Shown one piece after another: positions 7,995 to 17,758 of a stretch of 42,797 nucleotides of DNA (position 1 is the first letter of the stretch; each line of letters begins with the position of its first letter). Below the pieces are notes generated by a model, which was given only the letters and a program-made list of their open reading frames with translations, did no database searches and had not been told where the DNA came from. Made by a program: the position numbers and the translations under genes. The stretch covers positions 1 to 42,797 of the forward strand of contig VFJM01000015.1 in NCBI GenBank assembly GCA_009886055.1, in the 5' to 3' direction. Origin of the DNA: Geobacter sp. (GTDB lineage Bacteria > Desulfobacterota > Desulfuromonadia > Geobacterales > Pseudopelobacteraceae).

Positions 7995-8216
7995 TCAGAC
8001 CTGAACGACTTCCGTAACGCCCGGTATTTGTGCCTTCATGGCGCGTTCGATCCCCATCTTCAGGGTCATGGTGGACATCGGGCAACTGCCGCAGGCGCCT
8101 TTCAGCCGCACCTTGACGACGCCGTCCTCTGTAACTTCCACCAGCTCTACATCGCCGCCATCGGCCTGCAGACCGGGACGTACCTGTTCAAGAACCCTCA
8201 GTACTTCTTCTTTCAT
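7995..8216 (-). CDS. NifU-like (Nfu-type) Fe-S cluster scaffold/carrier domain protein
   Basis: 73 aa with ...[10 protein letters not shown]...[14 protein letters not shown]..., the CxxC motif of the NifU C-terminal domain. AAGGAG sits 8 nt upstream of the ATG. Confidence 0.85.
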   Translation of the reverse strand: MKEEVLRVLEQVRPGLQADGGDVELVEVTEDGVVKVRLKGACGSCPMSTMTLKMGIERAMKAQIPGVTEVVQV

Positions 8217-8298
8217 TGTTCATTCTCCTTTGTGTGTGGTGGTGCTCAGAACTTCAACCCCCTGGGCTCCCCCGAAATGGGGAGGGTCGGGGAGCAAT

Positions 8299-9693
8299 TT
8301 ACTTCGGCAGACCCGGCTCGGTCAGATGCTCCGGCTGCATGATCTTGTCCAGCTCACGAGGTGACATCAACTCCTGCTCCAGCACGATTTCACGGATGCT
8401 CCTGCCGCTGGCGACCGATTCCTTGGCGATGGCAGCCGAGGCGTTATAGCCGATGTATGGAGCCAGCACCGTCACCAGTCCAAGCGAATCCTCCAGATAC
8501 CGGCGACAGCGCACTTCGTTGGCCGTTATTCCATTTATACAGGATTCGGTGAATTTCTGCACGCAATTCTTGAGTATTTCCATTGAAAACGTCAGGTTCC
8601 AGGATATAAGCGGCATCATCACATTCAGCTCCAGCTGCCCCGCCTGGGCCGCCAGCAGCACCGCCTGATCGCACCCCATTACCTGGAAGCAGACCATGTT
8701 GGCCATCTCGGCCATGGAGGGATTGATCTTGCCCGGCATGATCGATGAACCGGGCTGGATGGCGGGGAGGCGGATTTCATCCAGACCGGTGCGGGGGCCC
8801 GAAGCCAGCAGGCGGAGGTCGTTTGCAATCCGGCCAAGGTTGACCGCGGTACGGCGGAGGGACGATGAAAGAGCCAGAAAGGGGTCCATGTTCTGCATCG
8901 CCTCGAACAGGTCGGGGGAGGCGACCAGCGGAAAACCGGTGGCAACGGTCAGCTCTTCGATCATGGCCGTGATATAGGCCGGTTCGGCATTCAGGCCGGT
9001 TCCAACGGCGGTGCCGCCGATCCCCACTTCCAGCAGGGCCGGGATACACCCCTCCAGCCCCTCCCGGTTCTTGCGGATCGCTACGGCGTATGCGCCGAAC
9101 TCCTGTCCCATCCGGATCGGGACGGCGTCCTGCAAGTGGGTGCGCCCCGACTTGAGGATATGATCGAACTCACCCGCCTTGGCGGCCAGGGCCAGCTCCA
9201 GCCCTTCAAGCACCTCAAGCAGCGGATCGAGCATCTCCAGAGACGCCAGACGGATGGCTGTCGGGATGACATCGTTGGTGGATTGGGCCATATTGACGTG
9301 GTCATTCGGGTGGAGGGTGGAGAAATCGCCCCTCTGGCGCCCCAGAAGTTCCAGCGCACGGTTGGCGAGCACCTCGTTGGCGTTCATGTTGTGAGACGTT
9401 CCGGCACCGGCCTGAAAGGGATCTACCACGAACTGGTCGGCGAGTTCCCCGGTCAGCACCTCATCGGCAGCGGCCATAATAGCGGTGCCGATTTCTGAAG
9501 GCAGCCTGCCGGTGGACATGTTGGCCTTTGCGGCGCACTTCTTGATGATCACGGTTCCCCAGACATAGGCCCGGTGCGGCTTCAAGCCCGAGATCGGGAA
9601 ATTATGCACGGCCCGGGCGGTCTGCGCCCCGTAATAGGCCTCAGCCGGAACGTGCATCTCCCCCATGGAATCTTTTTCAATGCGTGTGGTCAT
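8299..9693 (-). CDS. aspA: Aspartate ammonia-lyase (class II fumarase/aspartase superfamily)
   Basis: Motifs include GSSIMPGKINPSMAEM (SS-loop, closer to the aspartase NPVM form than the fumarase NPTQC form), AQSTNDVIPTA and GRTHLQDAVPIRMGQEF. The N-terminus is MTTRIEKDSMGEMHVPAEAYYGAQT. I chose the start at the ATG (complement of 9691-9693), 7 nt after GGAGG. The ORF-track start at 9756 is an upstream extension. Confidence 0.8.
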   Translation of the reverse strand: MTTRIEKDSMGEMHVPAEAYYGAQTARAVHNFPISGLKPHRAYVWGTVIIKKCAAKANMSTGRLPSEIGTAIMAAADEVLTGELADQFVVDPFQAGAGTSHNMNANEVLANRALELLGRQRGDFSTLHPNDHVNMAQSTNDVIPTAIRLASLEMLDPLLEVLEGLELALAAKAGEFDHILKSGRTHLQDAVPIRMGQEFGAYAVAIRKNREGLEGCIPALLEVGIGGTAVGTGLNAEPAYITAMIEELTVATGFPLVASPDLFEAMQNMDPFLALSSSLRRTAVNLGRIANDLRLLASGPRTGLDEIRLPAIQPGSSIMPGKINPSMAEMANMVCFQVMGCDQAVLLAAQAGQLELNVMMPLISWNLTFSMEILKNCVQKFTESCINGITANEVRCRRYLEDSLGLVTVLAPYIGYNASAAIAKESVASGRSIREIVLEQELMSPRELDKIMQPEHLTEPGLPK

Positions 9694-9984
9694 GATCATA
9701 CCTCCACAATGTAATAATATCCTGCTATCACTATGACAGATTAGATGCAAGTGCAATCCTGCACAAATCGCCTCATTTCGGCTCGCTAAATCCTGTGGCA
9801 GACCCCGTTAATTTTGCGACTGACGTCTCCGGAGCAAGGAAATTGGCCGCTTCTTTCGGCCATACCATGCCCACCAACTTATAAGGTCAATGCTAAATAA
9901 GCACTTCCGTGATCCCTATCACATCGTTACTGGCCTTTTTCAGCTATAACTCAGACACAGAATTTGCAGCACATTAGCATGCCT

Positions 9985-10060
9985 AGACGATAATACTAAA
10001 CCATTCGTGAGAATGGGACGGAAAGCCTACTGGGTCTCACCGAGACAGCCGGGTCGCCGA
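9985..10060 (+). promoter_or_regulatory. GEMM-I cyclic-dinucleotide riboswitch aptamer (A20 variant, candidate 3',3'-cGAMP-selective GEMM-Ib)
   Basis: ACUAAACCAUUCGUGAGAAUGGGACGGAAAGCCUACUGGGUCUCACCGAGACAGCCGGG aligns with my remembered Vc2 consensus GGGCAAACCAUUCGAAAGAGUGGGACGCAAAGCCUCCGG... The P2 hairpin CCAUUC-GUGA-GAAUGG has a GNRA loop, the junction reads GACGGAAAGCC, and a second hairpin GUCUC-ACC-GAGAC follows. The position equivalent to G20 is A (9995). The neighbouring pair covaries, G21-C46 becoming C(9996)-G. Confidence 0.7.
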
Positions 10061-10096
10061 AATATCATGAGAGATATTCGGTCCCCGGTTTTTTTG
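10049..10096 (+). terminator. Rho-independent terminator, expression platform of the riboswitch
   Basis: CCGGG-UCG-CCGAAAUAUC-AUGAGA-GAUAUUCGG-UC-CCCGG is followed by U7 (10089-10095). Its 5' arm overlaps the 3' end of the aptamer, so aptamer closure and terminator formation should be mutually exclusive. Confidence 0.6.
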
Positions 10097-10149
10097 TGCC
10101 GCAACGCCCCCGGGTGCTGAAAGTGGCACATGCTAAAAAAGGAGAACAC

Positions 10150-10635
10150 ATGAGAAGATTCGTTAGAAGTACATTCATCACCTTTACCGCACTGACCTTT
10201 ATGGTTGCTGGACTGATGCTGGCCGGTTGCGGCTCCGGAGGAGGGTCGTCTCAGGACGCCTCTGTTGGAACCCCGCTGGCCGGACAGGCGAGCCTTGCCG
10301 GGCAGGCGTCTCCCGATCCGAACAGTGCCGGTGTAAGCCCGGCTCCGGCCACAGCTACAACCACAACCACAGCTACAGCTACAACCAGTGCGCCCGTCTC
10401 CAAGCAGCTGACCCTGGCCTGGGACCAGGCTGCCGGCGCCACCTCCTATAATCTGTACTGGTCAACCGTTCCGGGGGTCACCCCCACCAACGGGACAAAG
10501 ATCAGCAGTGTCAGCTCCCCTTATGTTCATACCGGCCTGGCCGCCGGCACCAGCTATTATTACGTCGTCACGGCCGTCGACAGCACCAGCGAAAGTATTG
10601 CCTCTGCCCCGGCCTCGGGGGCCACGCCATTGTGA
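10150..10635 (+). CDS. Secreted lipoprotein with Ala/Thr-rich linker and fibronectin type III-like domain
   Basis: ATG at 10150 after AAAGGAGAA. Signal peptide plus lipobox in MRRFVRSTFITFTALTFMVAGLMLAGC. The C-terminal sequence LTLAWDQAAGATSYNLYWSTVPGVTPTNGTKISSVSSPYVHTGLAAGTSYYYVVTAVD is FnIII-like. Confidence 0.75.
   Translation: MRRFVRSTFITFTALTFMVAGLMLAGCGSGGGSSQDASVGTPLAGQASLAGQASPDPNSAGVSPAPATATTTTTATATTSAPVSKQLTLAWDQAAGATSYNLYWSTVPGVTPTNGTKISSVSSPYVHTGLAAGTSYYYVVTAVDSTSESIASAPASGATPL
10351..10386 (+). repeat. Imperfect hexanucleotide tandem repeat (ACAGCT/ACAACC x6) encoding a TATTTTTATATT linker
   Basis: Read directly as acagct acaacc acaacc acagct acagct acaacc, inside the lipoprotein CDS. 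Confidence 0.8.
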
Positions 10636-10703
10636 CGGCTGTCATGGTGCCGGTGGCTCCATGGCAGCATCGATGACAGTATCAGTTTCACATGCCTGAA
10701 AAA

Positions 10704-10738
10704 CCAGAGGGCTCCGTTCAGCGGAGCCCTCTGGTTTT
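10704..10738 (+). terminator. Rho-independent terminator of the lipoprotein gene
   Basis: A 13-bp perfect stem, CCAGAGGGCTCCG / CGGAGCCCTCTGG, with a 5-nt loop, followed by TTTT. Confidence 0.8.
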
Positions 10739-10774
10739 ATTCAACCTTGATTATTACGGGGCCAGGCTTCCAAG

Positions 10775-10802
10775 TTGACAAGTTGATTATTTGGAGTATC
10801 TT
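10775..10802 (+). promoter_or_regulatory. Candidate sigma70 promoter upstream of the DUF853 ATPase gene
   Basis: Consensus -35 TTGACA (10775-10780), a 16-nt spacer, and -10 TATCTT (10797-10802). It lies about 180 nt upstream of the ATG at 10983. Confidence 0.3.
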
Positions 10803-10982
10803 TTCAACTCGGCACGCAAACCACACCAGGAAGGAACAGTCAGGTTTGCCTACCAAGTTCACGCTCTATTCCTTATGACCAACAACATCCATTCCAACTG
10901 AGCGCCATTCCTAACCGGAATGCGACCCCGGCAGGTCAGCGCCCACTCCGTTGAATAAATAAGCACTAAAGGAGCCTATACC

Positions 10983-12482
10983 ATGGCCTCTCCCCTGCGC
11001 ATCGCCAAGACCGATCAGACCGAGTTGTTCATTCTTCCATCCATGGCCAACCGGCACGGATTGATCACCGGAGCCACCGGCACCGGGAAAACCGTCACCC
11101 TTCAGACACTGGCGGAACAGTTTTCCGCCATCGGGGTACCCTGTTTCATGTCCGACGTCAAGGGAGACCTGACAGGAATTTCCCAGATTGGCGGCGACAA
11201 CGGAAAAGTAACTGAGCGTCTGGAAAAACTCGGGATTTCAGACCATCAGTTCCGTGCATATCCGGTAACACTCTGGGACCCGTTCGGTGAAACCGGACAT
11301 CCGGTGCGTGCTACCGTATCCGACATGGGCCCTCTGCTGCTGGCGCGGATTCTGGAGTTGAACGAGACCCAGAGCGGCGTTCTTAACCTGCTGTTCAAGG
11401 TCGCTGATGACAACGGCCTGCTCCTGCTGGATTTGAAGGATCTGCGGGGTATGCTGCAATTTATCGGCGACAATTCAAAAAGATTCACCACTGAATACGG
11501 CAACATCTCCTCCGCCAGCGTTGGCGCTATCCAGCGCGGGCTGCTGGCATTTGAAAGCCAGGGTGGGGACAGAATCTTCGGTGAGCCGATGCTGAATATT
11601 GATGATTTGATGCAGACCGAACGGGGCTGCGGCGTCATTAACATCTTGTCTGCCGACAAACTCATGAAGGCCCCAAAATTATACGCCACTCTTCTGTTAT
11701 GGCTGCTCTCCGAGCTGTTCGAAAATCTGCCGGAAGCGGGAGATCTGGAAAAGCCGAAACTGGTCTTTTTCTTCGACGAGGCCCATCTCCTTTTCACCGA
11801 CGCTCCTGCGGCGCTGCTGGAAAAGATCGAACAGATGGTACGTTTGATCCGCTCCAAGGGGGTCGGAGTCTTTTTCATAACCCAGAACCCGGCCGATGTA
11901 CCTGACAAAGTGCTTTCGCAGCTGGGCAACCGGCTGCAGCATGCCCTGCGCGCCTTTTCGCCGCGCGATCAGAAGGCGGTCAGGGCCGCAGCCGAGACCA
12001 TGCGCGACAACAGCGCCCTGGACGAAGAAAAGGCCATCACCGAACTGGGCGTAGGAGAAGCGCTGGTCTCCTGTCTGGACGAACATGGACAGCCCGGAAT
12101 CGTCGAGCGCGCCTTTATCATACCGCCACATTCCCATATAGGCCCGATCAACGCCGACCAGCGGCAGCAGCTGATCCAGTCATCTCTGGTAGCCGGGGTG
12201 TATGAAAAGATGGTTGATCGGGAGTCGGCATACGAGATTCTCAAGGCGCGCGCTGAACAGGCCGCCGCACAGGAGCAGCCTGAGTCAGGCGCCCCCTCAT
12301 CAGGAACGACGCTTGGAGGGATGCTGGAAGATATGCTCGGAGGGAGCTCCGGCTCGGCGGGAAGACGGCGGGAAGGGATCGTAGAGGCCATGGCCAAGAG
12401 TGCCGCCCGTTCCGTGGGGAGTCAGGTAGGGCGGGCCATTATGCGTGGTGTGCTTGGCTCGATTCTTGGCGGAAGACGCTGA
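10983..12482 (+). CDS. DUF853 family P-loop NTPase (YjgR-like, HerA/FtsK-like ATPase)
   Basis: 499 aa. The N-terminus resembles E. coli YjgR as I remember it: [27 protein letters not shown] (Walker A) and [13 protein letters not shown] (Walker B). The C-terminal tail is Gly/Ser-rich. Confidence 0.8.
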   Translation: MASPLRIAKTDQTELFILPSMANRHGLITGATGTGKTVTLQTLAEQFSAIGVPCFMSDVKGDLTGISQIGGDNGKVTERLEKLGISDHQFRAYPVTLWDPFGETGHPVRATVSDMGPLLLARILELNETQSGVLNLLFKVADDNGLLLLDLKDLRGMLQFIGDNSKRFTTEYGNISSASVGAIQRGLLAFESQGGDRIFGEPMLNIDDLMQTERGCGVINILSADKLMKAPKLYATLLLWLLSELFENLPEAGDLEKPKLVFFFDEAHLLFTDAPAALLEKIEQMVRLIRSKGVGVFFITQNPADVPDKVLSQLGNRLQHALRAFSPRDQKAVRAAAETMRDNSALDEEKAITELGVGEALVSCLDEHGQPGIVERAFIIPPHSHIGPINADQRQQLIQSSLVAGVYEKMVDRESAYEILKARAEQAAAQEQPESGAPSSGTTLGGMLEDMLGGSSGSAGRRREGIVEAMAKSAARSVGSQVGRAIMRGVLGSILGGRR

Positions 12483-12577
12483 TATCAACAACAGCATAAC
12501 CATGGGGCAGACAGGTCGTACGGACACCGGATCAGGCGGTACTGCGGTACGGATATGGAGAGGTGTGTTTTGATCTT

Positions 12578-14518
12578 TTAAGCCGACAAACCTTCCCACT
12601 CCCCGTACAACTCTTCCAGTCGCCCATTCAGCTCGGCATGTCGCTCGCCACCCTGCAGCCCCCGCTCCGGATCATCGAAGAAACCGGGCGCGTTCATCTC
12701 GTCCTCCAGCCGTGCCAGTTCTTTTTCGGCGGCAGCAATCAGCGACTCTATCTCACTCATCCGCTTCTGGCGCGACTGATCCTCGCGTTTGCGACGCTTC
12801 TCCTCTTCCCGGTCCTTGAGCCGCAGATCCTTGTTCTGAGGGGGTAATGGTGCCGGGGAACTGTCGCTAGCGACTGCAGTTGAACCGGGCGCAGGAGTCA
12901 CACAGGCAGCAGCGGGTGCGCCCGCTTTCTTACCCAGATAGTATTCGTAATCCCCGAAATAATTCTCGACACCACCGCCGTCAACCTCAACCACCCGTGT
13001 TGCCAGGGCGTTGACAAAGTAGCGATCATGTGAAACGAACACCACCGTGCCGTCGAAACCTTTGAGGGCGTCCAGCAGCACCTCCTTGCTGTTCAGGTCC
13101 AGGTGGTTGGTCGGTTCGTCCATCAGCAGCAGGTTGGAAGGGCGCAGCAGCATCTTGGCCAGAGCCAGGCGATTACGCTCTCCGCCGGAAAGGACGCTGA
13201 CCTTTTTGTGGATGTCATCTCCCGAGAAGAGAAAAGCGCCCAGAATGTCACGCAACCGGGGAACCATGTCGTACGGGGCATCCGCATAGAGCTCATCGTA
13301 TGCCGAGCGGCTCTGGTCCAGGACATTGGCCTGATCCTGAGCGAAATAATCCATGCTGACATTATGCCCGATGATCCGCTCACCCCCCTGAAATTCTCCT
13401 CCGGCCAGCACCGCCATCAGGGTCGATTTTCCGGCTCCGTTGTGCCCCACCAGGGCGACCCGCTCACCTTTTTCGATCGTCAGATCGATCCGGTCGAGGA
13501 CGGTGTGGTCGCCGAACGAGCGGGTAAGCCCCTTCAGCTCGACCACGTTCTTGCCGCTCTTGGGCGCATCCGGGAACTGGAAGCGGATGCGTTTGCGCTC
13601 GGGCGGCAGTACGATCCGCTCCACCTTTTCCAGCTGTTTGACCCGTGACTGCACCTGCGAGGCCTTGTTGGCCTGGTAGCGGAAACGGCGGATAAAATCC
13701 TCCGTCTTTTCGATCTCCTCGTCCTGAATGCGCTTGGCATTCCGCAGGGCGGTGACCCGCTCCTCGCGCTGGTGGAGATAGGTCGAGTAGCGGCAGTGAT
13801 AATCCGCCAGCGTGTGGTTCCAGACTTCGGCAATGCGGCTGCAGACGCTGTCCATGAAGAAGCGGTCGTGGGAGACGAGGATAACCGAGCCGGGGTAGGC
13901 GCAGAGATACTCCTCCAGCCAGTTGCGGGCTTCGATATCCAGATGGTTGGTCGGTTCGTCCAGCAGCAGGACATCGGGCATCTGCAGCAGCAGGCAGGCG
14001 AGGGCGATGCGCATCTGCCACCCGCCGGAAAATTCGCCGCAGTCGCGGAGCCAGTCGGACTGCGCAAAGCCGAGCCCCTTCAGCACGGTGCCGATTTCGG
14101 CTTCCATCGTATAACCGCCGCCATGACGGAACTGCTCCTGCAGTTCGCCGTATCGGGTCAGGATCTGCTCGTGTTCGGGTGACTCGCGGGGGAGGCGCTC
14201 CAGATCGAGCCCGATCCGGTGCAGCTCCTCCTCCATCGCGAGCAGCTCTCCCAGTGCGGCACGAGCTTCATGGAACAGCGACTGACCGGTCGTGACGATG
14301 CCGTCCTGCGGCAGATAGGACGCCTTGGCCCCCCGGGCGAATTGTATCTCGCCCGATGACGGCTCGGTCAGGCCGGCGATGATCTTCATCAGCGTCGATT
14401 TGCCGGCGCCGTTCTCACCGACCAGCGCGACCCGCTCACCCTTTTTCAGGTGCCAGGAGATGTTCGTAAAGAGCGGATTACCGGCGAAGTCTTTGGATAG
14501 ATTGAGTAGTTGGAGCAT
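12578..14518 (-). CDS. ABC-F family ATPase (two ABC domains plus C-terminal coiled-coil; Uup/YheS-like)
   Basis: Two Walker A motifs (GENGAGKST, GHNGAGKST), two LSGG signatures (FSGGWQMR, LSGGERNR) and no TM segments. The C-terminus is charged (KDREEEKRRKREDQSRQKR). The start is set at MLQLLNLSKDF (complement of 14516-14518) by family N-terminus pattern, and no strong SD is visible. Confidence 0.85.
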   Translation of the reverse strand: MLQLLNLSKDFAGNPLFTNISWHLKKGERVALVGENGAGKSTLMKIIAGLTEPSSGEIQFARGAKASYLPQDGIVTTGQSLFHEARAALGELLAMEEELHRIGLDLERLPRESPEHEQILTRYGELQEQFRHGGGYTMEAEIGTVLKGLGFAQSDWLRDCGEFSGGWQMRIALACLLLQMPDVLLLDEPTNHLDIEARNWLEEYLCAYPGSVILVSHDRFFMDSVCSRIAEVWNHTLADYHCRYSTYLHQREERVTALRNAKRIQDEEIEKTEDFIRRFRYQANKASQVQSRVKQLEKVERIVLPPERKRIRFQFPDAPKSGKNVVELKGLTRSFGDHTVLDRIDLTIEKGERVALVGHNGAGKSTLMAVLAGGEFQGGERIIGHNVSMDYFAQDQANVLDQSRSAYDELYADAPYDMVPRLRDILGAFLFSGDDIHKKVSVLSGGERNRLALAKMLLRPSNLLLMDEPTNHLDLNSKEVLLDALKGFDGTVVFVSHDRYFVNALATRVVEVDGGGVENYFGDYEYYLGKKAGAPAAACVTPAPGSTAVASDSSPAPLPPQNKDLRLKDREEEKRRKREDQSRQKRMSEIESLIAAAEKELARLEDEMNAPGFFDDPERGLQGGERHAELNGRLEELYGEWEGLSA

Positions 14519-14697
14519 GAGGGGTGTTGTAGCACACAATATGGGGCGGCGGCAAGCGGAGGGGAGAGCACGCGGCACGAACGGGAGGGAACCCCCTGTT
14601 CTTGCTCTATTGCGCAAAGCTGTTAGAATATTCAGACCATGAAACGAGTCGCGCAGCCGACTGCGGAGAGGCTCATCGAGAAGAAAAGGTCATAACC

Positions 14698-15693
14698 ATG
14701 ATCGGGATAGTTTCCATAACACGCCGGATATCCGTACATCTCGGCGGTGCCGCAACATTACTCTGCCTTGTGGCCGGGTGCAATCGGACACCATCGACAC
14801 CGGGCACCGTCCAGGGGTATGTCGAGGGGGAGTTCGTTTATATTGCCGCGCCGCTGTCCGGCAGGCTGGAGACGCTCTTCGTGCAGCGGGGGGTGGAGGT
14901 CAAGGCGGGCGAGCCGCTCTTTGATCTGGAGAATGTCTCTGAAGTTGCCGCCCGTGACGAAACAAGACTGCGCCTTGCCCAGCTCCGCGCCCAGGCGGCA
15001 GATGCGAAAAAGGGGAAGCGGCCGACGGAGATCGGAGCGACCACCGCACAACTGAATCTGGCCCGGACCGCGCTGCAGTTCTCGGAAAAAGAGCTGAAGC
15101 GGCAGGAAAAACTGTTGAGCGCCAAAGTCGTGCCTCTGCAGGAGGTAGACAGGGTGCGCTCCGTTCGTGATCAGGACCGGCAGCGTGTCGTTCAGCTTGA
15201 AGCCGAACTCGGCACGGCGCGGCTCGGCGCGCGCAGCGACCTGATAGCGGCGGCCGAGGCGAGTGCCCGCTCACTGGAGGCGACCCTGACCAGAAACGAA
15301 TGGGATCTTGCCCAGAAACGGCAGACGGCGCCGGAGGGCGGGCTTGTCTTCGACACACTGTACCGCAGGGGTGAGTGGGTCGCCGCAGGGCGGCCGGCCG
15401 TCGTCCTGTTGCCGCCGCAGAACATCAAGGTCCGTGCATTCGTTCCTCAAGCTCTGGTCGCCTCGATCCGCCGGGGTGACAGGGTGCAGGTAACCGTTGA
15501 CGGGATAAAGGGAGCGCTCTCCGGAACGGTACAGTTTATTTCCCCCCAGGCGGAGTACACCCCGCCGGTCATCTATAGCCGGGAAAGCCGCCAGAAGCTG
15601 GTCTATATGGTCGAGCTCGGCTTCGATCAGGACACGGCGGTCCGGCTGCACCCGGGGCAGCCGGTGGATGTCCGGTTCGGTTCCGGATCATGA
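14698..15693 (+). CDS. HlyD-family membrane fusion (periplasmic adaptor) lipoprotein
   Basis: Start at ATG 14698 (MIGIVSITRR...LLCLVAGC lipobox). The product has a lipoyl-like hairpin, a long coiled-coil (RLRLAQLRAQAADAKK...QLEAELGTARLGA) and a beta-barrel tail. Its stop overlaps the next start as ATGA. Confidence 0.85.
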   Translation: MIGIVSITRRISVHLGGAATLLCLVAGCNRTPSTPGTVQGYVEGEFVYIAAPLSGRLETLFVQRGVEVKAGEPLFDLENVSEVAARDETRLRLAQLRAQAADAKKGKRPTEIGATTAQLNLARTALQFSEKELKRQEKLLSAKVVPLQEVDRVRSVRDQDRQRVVQLEAELGTARLGARSDLIAAAEASARSLEATLTRNEWDLAQKRQTAPEGGLVFDTLYRRGEWVAAGRPAVVLLPPQNIKVRAFVPQALVASIRRGDRVQVTVDGIKGALSGTVQFISPQAEYTPPVIYSRESRQKLVYMVELGFDQDTAVRLHPGQPVDVRFGSGS

Positions 15694-16616
15694 CGGAGAG
15701 TTTTGTCATCGATGTGCGGGGCATGACCAAGCGCTTCGGGGATCACACCGCCGTCAACGGCATCGATCTGCAGGTTCGCCGGGGTGAGGTATACGGGTTT
15801 CTGGGGCCGAACGGCAGCGGCAAGACCACCTTTATCCGGATGCTCTGCGGGCTGCTCGCTGCCGACGCAGGCGAGGGCACCTGCCTCGGTTTCGATGTCA
15901 TCAGGGAGAGCGAGTCCATCAAGCGCCAGGTCGGCTACATGACCCAGCGCTTCAGCTTCTATGAGGACTTGAGTATTGCTGAAAATCTTGATTTCGTGGC
16001 ACGCATGTATGCCGTCAGTAATCGGCGGGAGGCTGTTCGGGAAAGCGTCGAACGGCTCGGACTTGCCGGGCGGCAGAAGCAGCTTGCCGGCGAGCTTTCG
16101 GGTGGATGGAAACAGCGCCTCGCCCTGGCTGCGTGTCTGATTCATAATCCGAGGCTGCTGCTGCTCGACGAACCGACTGCGGGGGTCGACCCGAAAGCGC
16201 GCCGTGACTTCTGGGAGCAGATTCACGAACTTGCCGGTCAGGGGCTGACCTTTCTGATCACCACGCACTACATGGACGAAGCCGAACGGTGCGACCGGCT
16301 CGCCTATCTCTCTTTTGGAAATCTGATGACCCGTGGAACGGCGGCCGAGGTGATTGAAGGCGCGCAGCTGACTACATGGTCGGTCTTCGGCCCGGATCTG
16401 CAGGAGATCACCCGGCAGCTGCGGAGCACCCCCGGCGTAGGGGAGGCGGTCGCGTTCGGCAGCAGGCTGCACGTAAGCGGCACGAATGCGAATGTTCTCG
16501 AGCGGGCAATCGCCCCCTTCCGCACGGAGCGGTATATCTGGCAGCAGATCAAACCGGGTCTTGAGGATGTCTTCATCCATCTGATGGGAAACTCGAAGGA
16601 CAATTTCTCGGCATGA
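15690..16616 (+). CDS. ABC transporter ATP-binding protein (ABC-2/DrrA-like)
   Basis: Walker A GPNGSGKTT, signature LSGGWKQR, Walker B LLLLDEPT. ATGA overlaps at both ends (15690-15693 and 16613-16616). Confidence 0.9.
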   Translation: MTESFVIDVRGMTKRFGDHTAVNGIDLQVRRGEVYGFLGPNGSGKTTFIRMLCGLLAADAGEGTCLGFDVIRESESIKRQVGYMTQRFSFYEDLSIAENLDFVARMYAVSNRREAVRESVERLGLAGRQKQLAGELSGGWKQRLALAACLIHNPRLLLLDEPTAGVDPKARRDFWEQIHELAGQGLTFLITTHYMDEAERCDRLAYLSFGNLMTRGTAAEVIEGAQLTTWSVFGPDLQEITRQLRSTPGVGEAVAFGSRLHVSGTNANVLERAIAPFRTERYIWQQIKPGLEDVFIHLMGNSKDNFSA

Positions 16617-17755
16617 AAACGCACACACCCCTCTCTTTCGCGCGTTTCTGGGCAATCGTCATCAAGGAATTTGTCCAGATGCGGAGGGATCGCCTCACCT
16701 TCGGCATGATCATCGGCATCCCGGTGGTTCAGCTCATGCTCTTCGGTTATGCGATAAACGGAGATCCGAAACACCTCCCGACCGCGGTGCTGCTGGCCGA
16801 CAGCAGCCAGCAGGGGCGGGCCCTGCTCTCTGCTCTCAAAAACAGCGATTATTTCAACTTTGTCCGCGAGGTTCATACCGAAGCGGAGGGAGAGGCGGCC
16901 CTCGCGCGCGGTGAAGTCCAGTTTATCGTCACCATTCCGGTGAATTTCGGCCGCAACCTGCTGCGCGGCGAGAAGCCGACCGTCCTGGTAGAGGCGGATG
17001 CGACCGATCCGTCAGCCACCGGCAACGCCATCGCCTCGCTGCGCACCCTTCTTAACAGTGCGCTGCAGCACGACCTCAAAGGAGCGCTGGCATTTCTGGC
17101 GGGGAGCGACCCCCCGATAAATCTGCGCGTCCACGCCCGCTACAACCCGGAGGGAATTTCGCAGTACAATATTGTGCCGGGGCTGATGGGGGTGGTGTTA
17201 ACCATGACCATGGTCATGATCACCGGCCTTGCCATTACCCGGGAACGAGAACGGGGCACGATGGAAAACCTCCTCTCCATGCCGACAAGGCCGCTCGAGG
17301 TTCTGCTCGGCAAAATCATCCCCTATATTTTTGTCGGGTACATCCAGGTCGGGCTGATCCTGGTCGCGGCACGATTTTTGTTCCACGTGCCGATGACCGG
17401 GAGCATCCCGCTGCTGCTGCTGACCTCTCTGGTATTTATCGCCGCAAACCTGGCGATGGGAATCACCTTCTCCACCTTGGCAAAAAACCAGCTCCAGGCC
17501 GTGCAGATGACCTTTTTCTTCTTCCTCCCGTCACTGCTGCTCTCCGGGTTCATGTTCCCGTTCCGCGGCATGCCGGAATGGGCTCAGGTCATCGGCGAGG
17601 TTTTGCCGCTCACCCATTTCTTAAGGATCATCCGGGGGATTCTCCTCAAAGGGAACGGCTTTGAAGAGGTGATGCTGCAGCTCTGGCAGATCATGCTCTT
17701 CGCCGTTATCGTCCTGGCGGTCGGGGTCAAGCGCTACCGGAAAACCTTGGATTAA
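16613..17755 (+). CDS. ABC-2 type transporter permease
   Basis: 380 aa with an N-terminal TM, a large extracytoplasmic loop and then five clustered TM segments. This is a YhhJ/YbhR-like layout. Confidence 0.85.
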   Translation: MKTHTPLSFARFWAIVIKEFVQMRRDRLTFGMIIGIPVVQLMLFGYAINGDPKHLPTAVLLADSSQQGRALLSALKNSDYFNFVREVHTEAEGEAALARGEVQFIVTIPVNFGRNLLRGEKPTVLVEADATDPSATGNAIASLRTLLNSALQHDLKGALAFLAGSDPPINLRVHARYNPEGISQYNIVPGLMGVVLTMTMVMITGLAITRERERGTMENLLSMPTRPLEVLLGKIIPYIFVGYIQVGLILVAARFLFHVPMTGSIPLLLLTSLVFIAANLAMGITFSTLAKNQLQAVQMTFFFFLPSLLLSGFMFPFRGMPEWAQVIGEVLPLTHFLRIIRGILLKGNGFEEVMLQLWQIMLFAVIVLAVGVKRYRKTLD

Positions 17756-17758
17756 AAG

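Noticed and set aside
10983-12482. The HerA/FtsK-like DUF853 ATPase as part of an anti-phage defence system.
   Set aside because: It is monocistronic between its own promoter region and a convergent gene. It has no nuclease, SIR2, TIR or other effector partner. It resembles the widespread housekeeping-context YjgR type.
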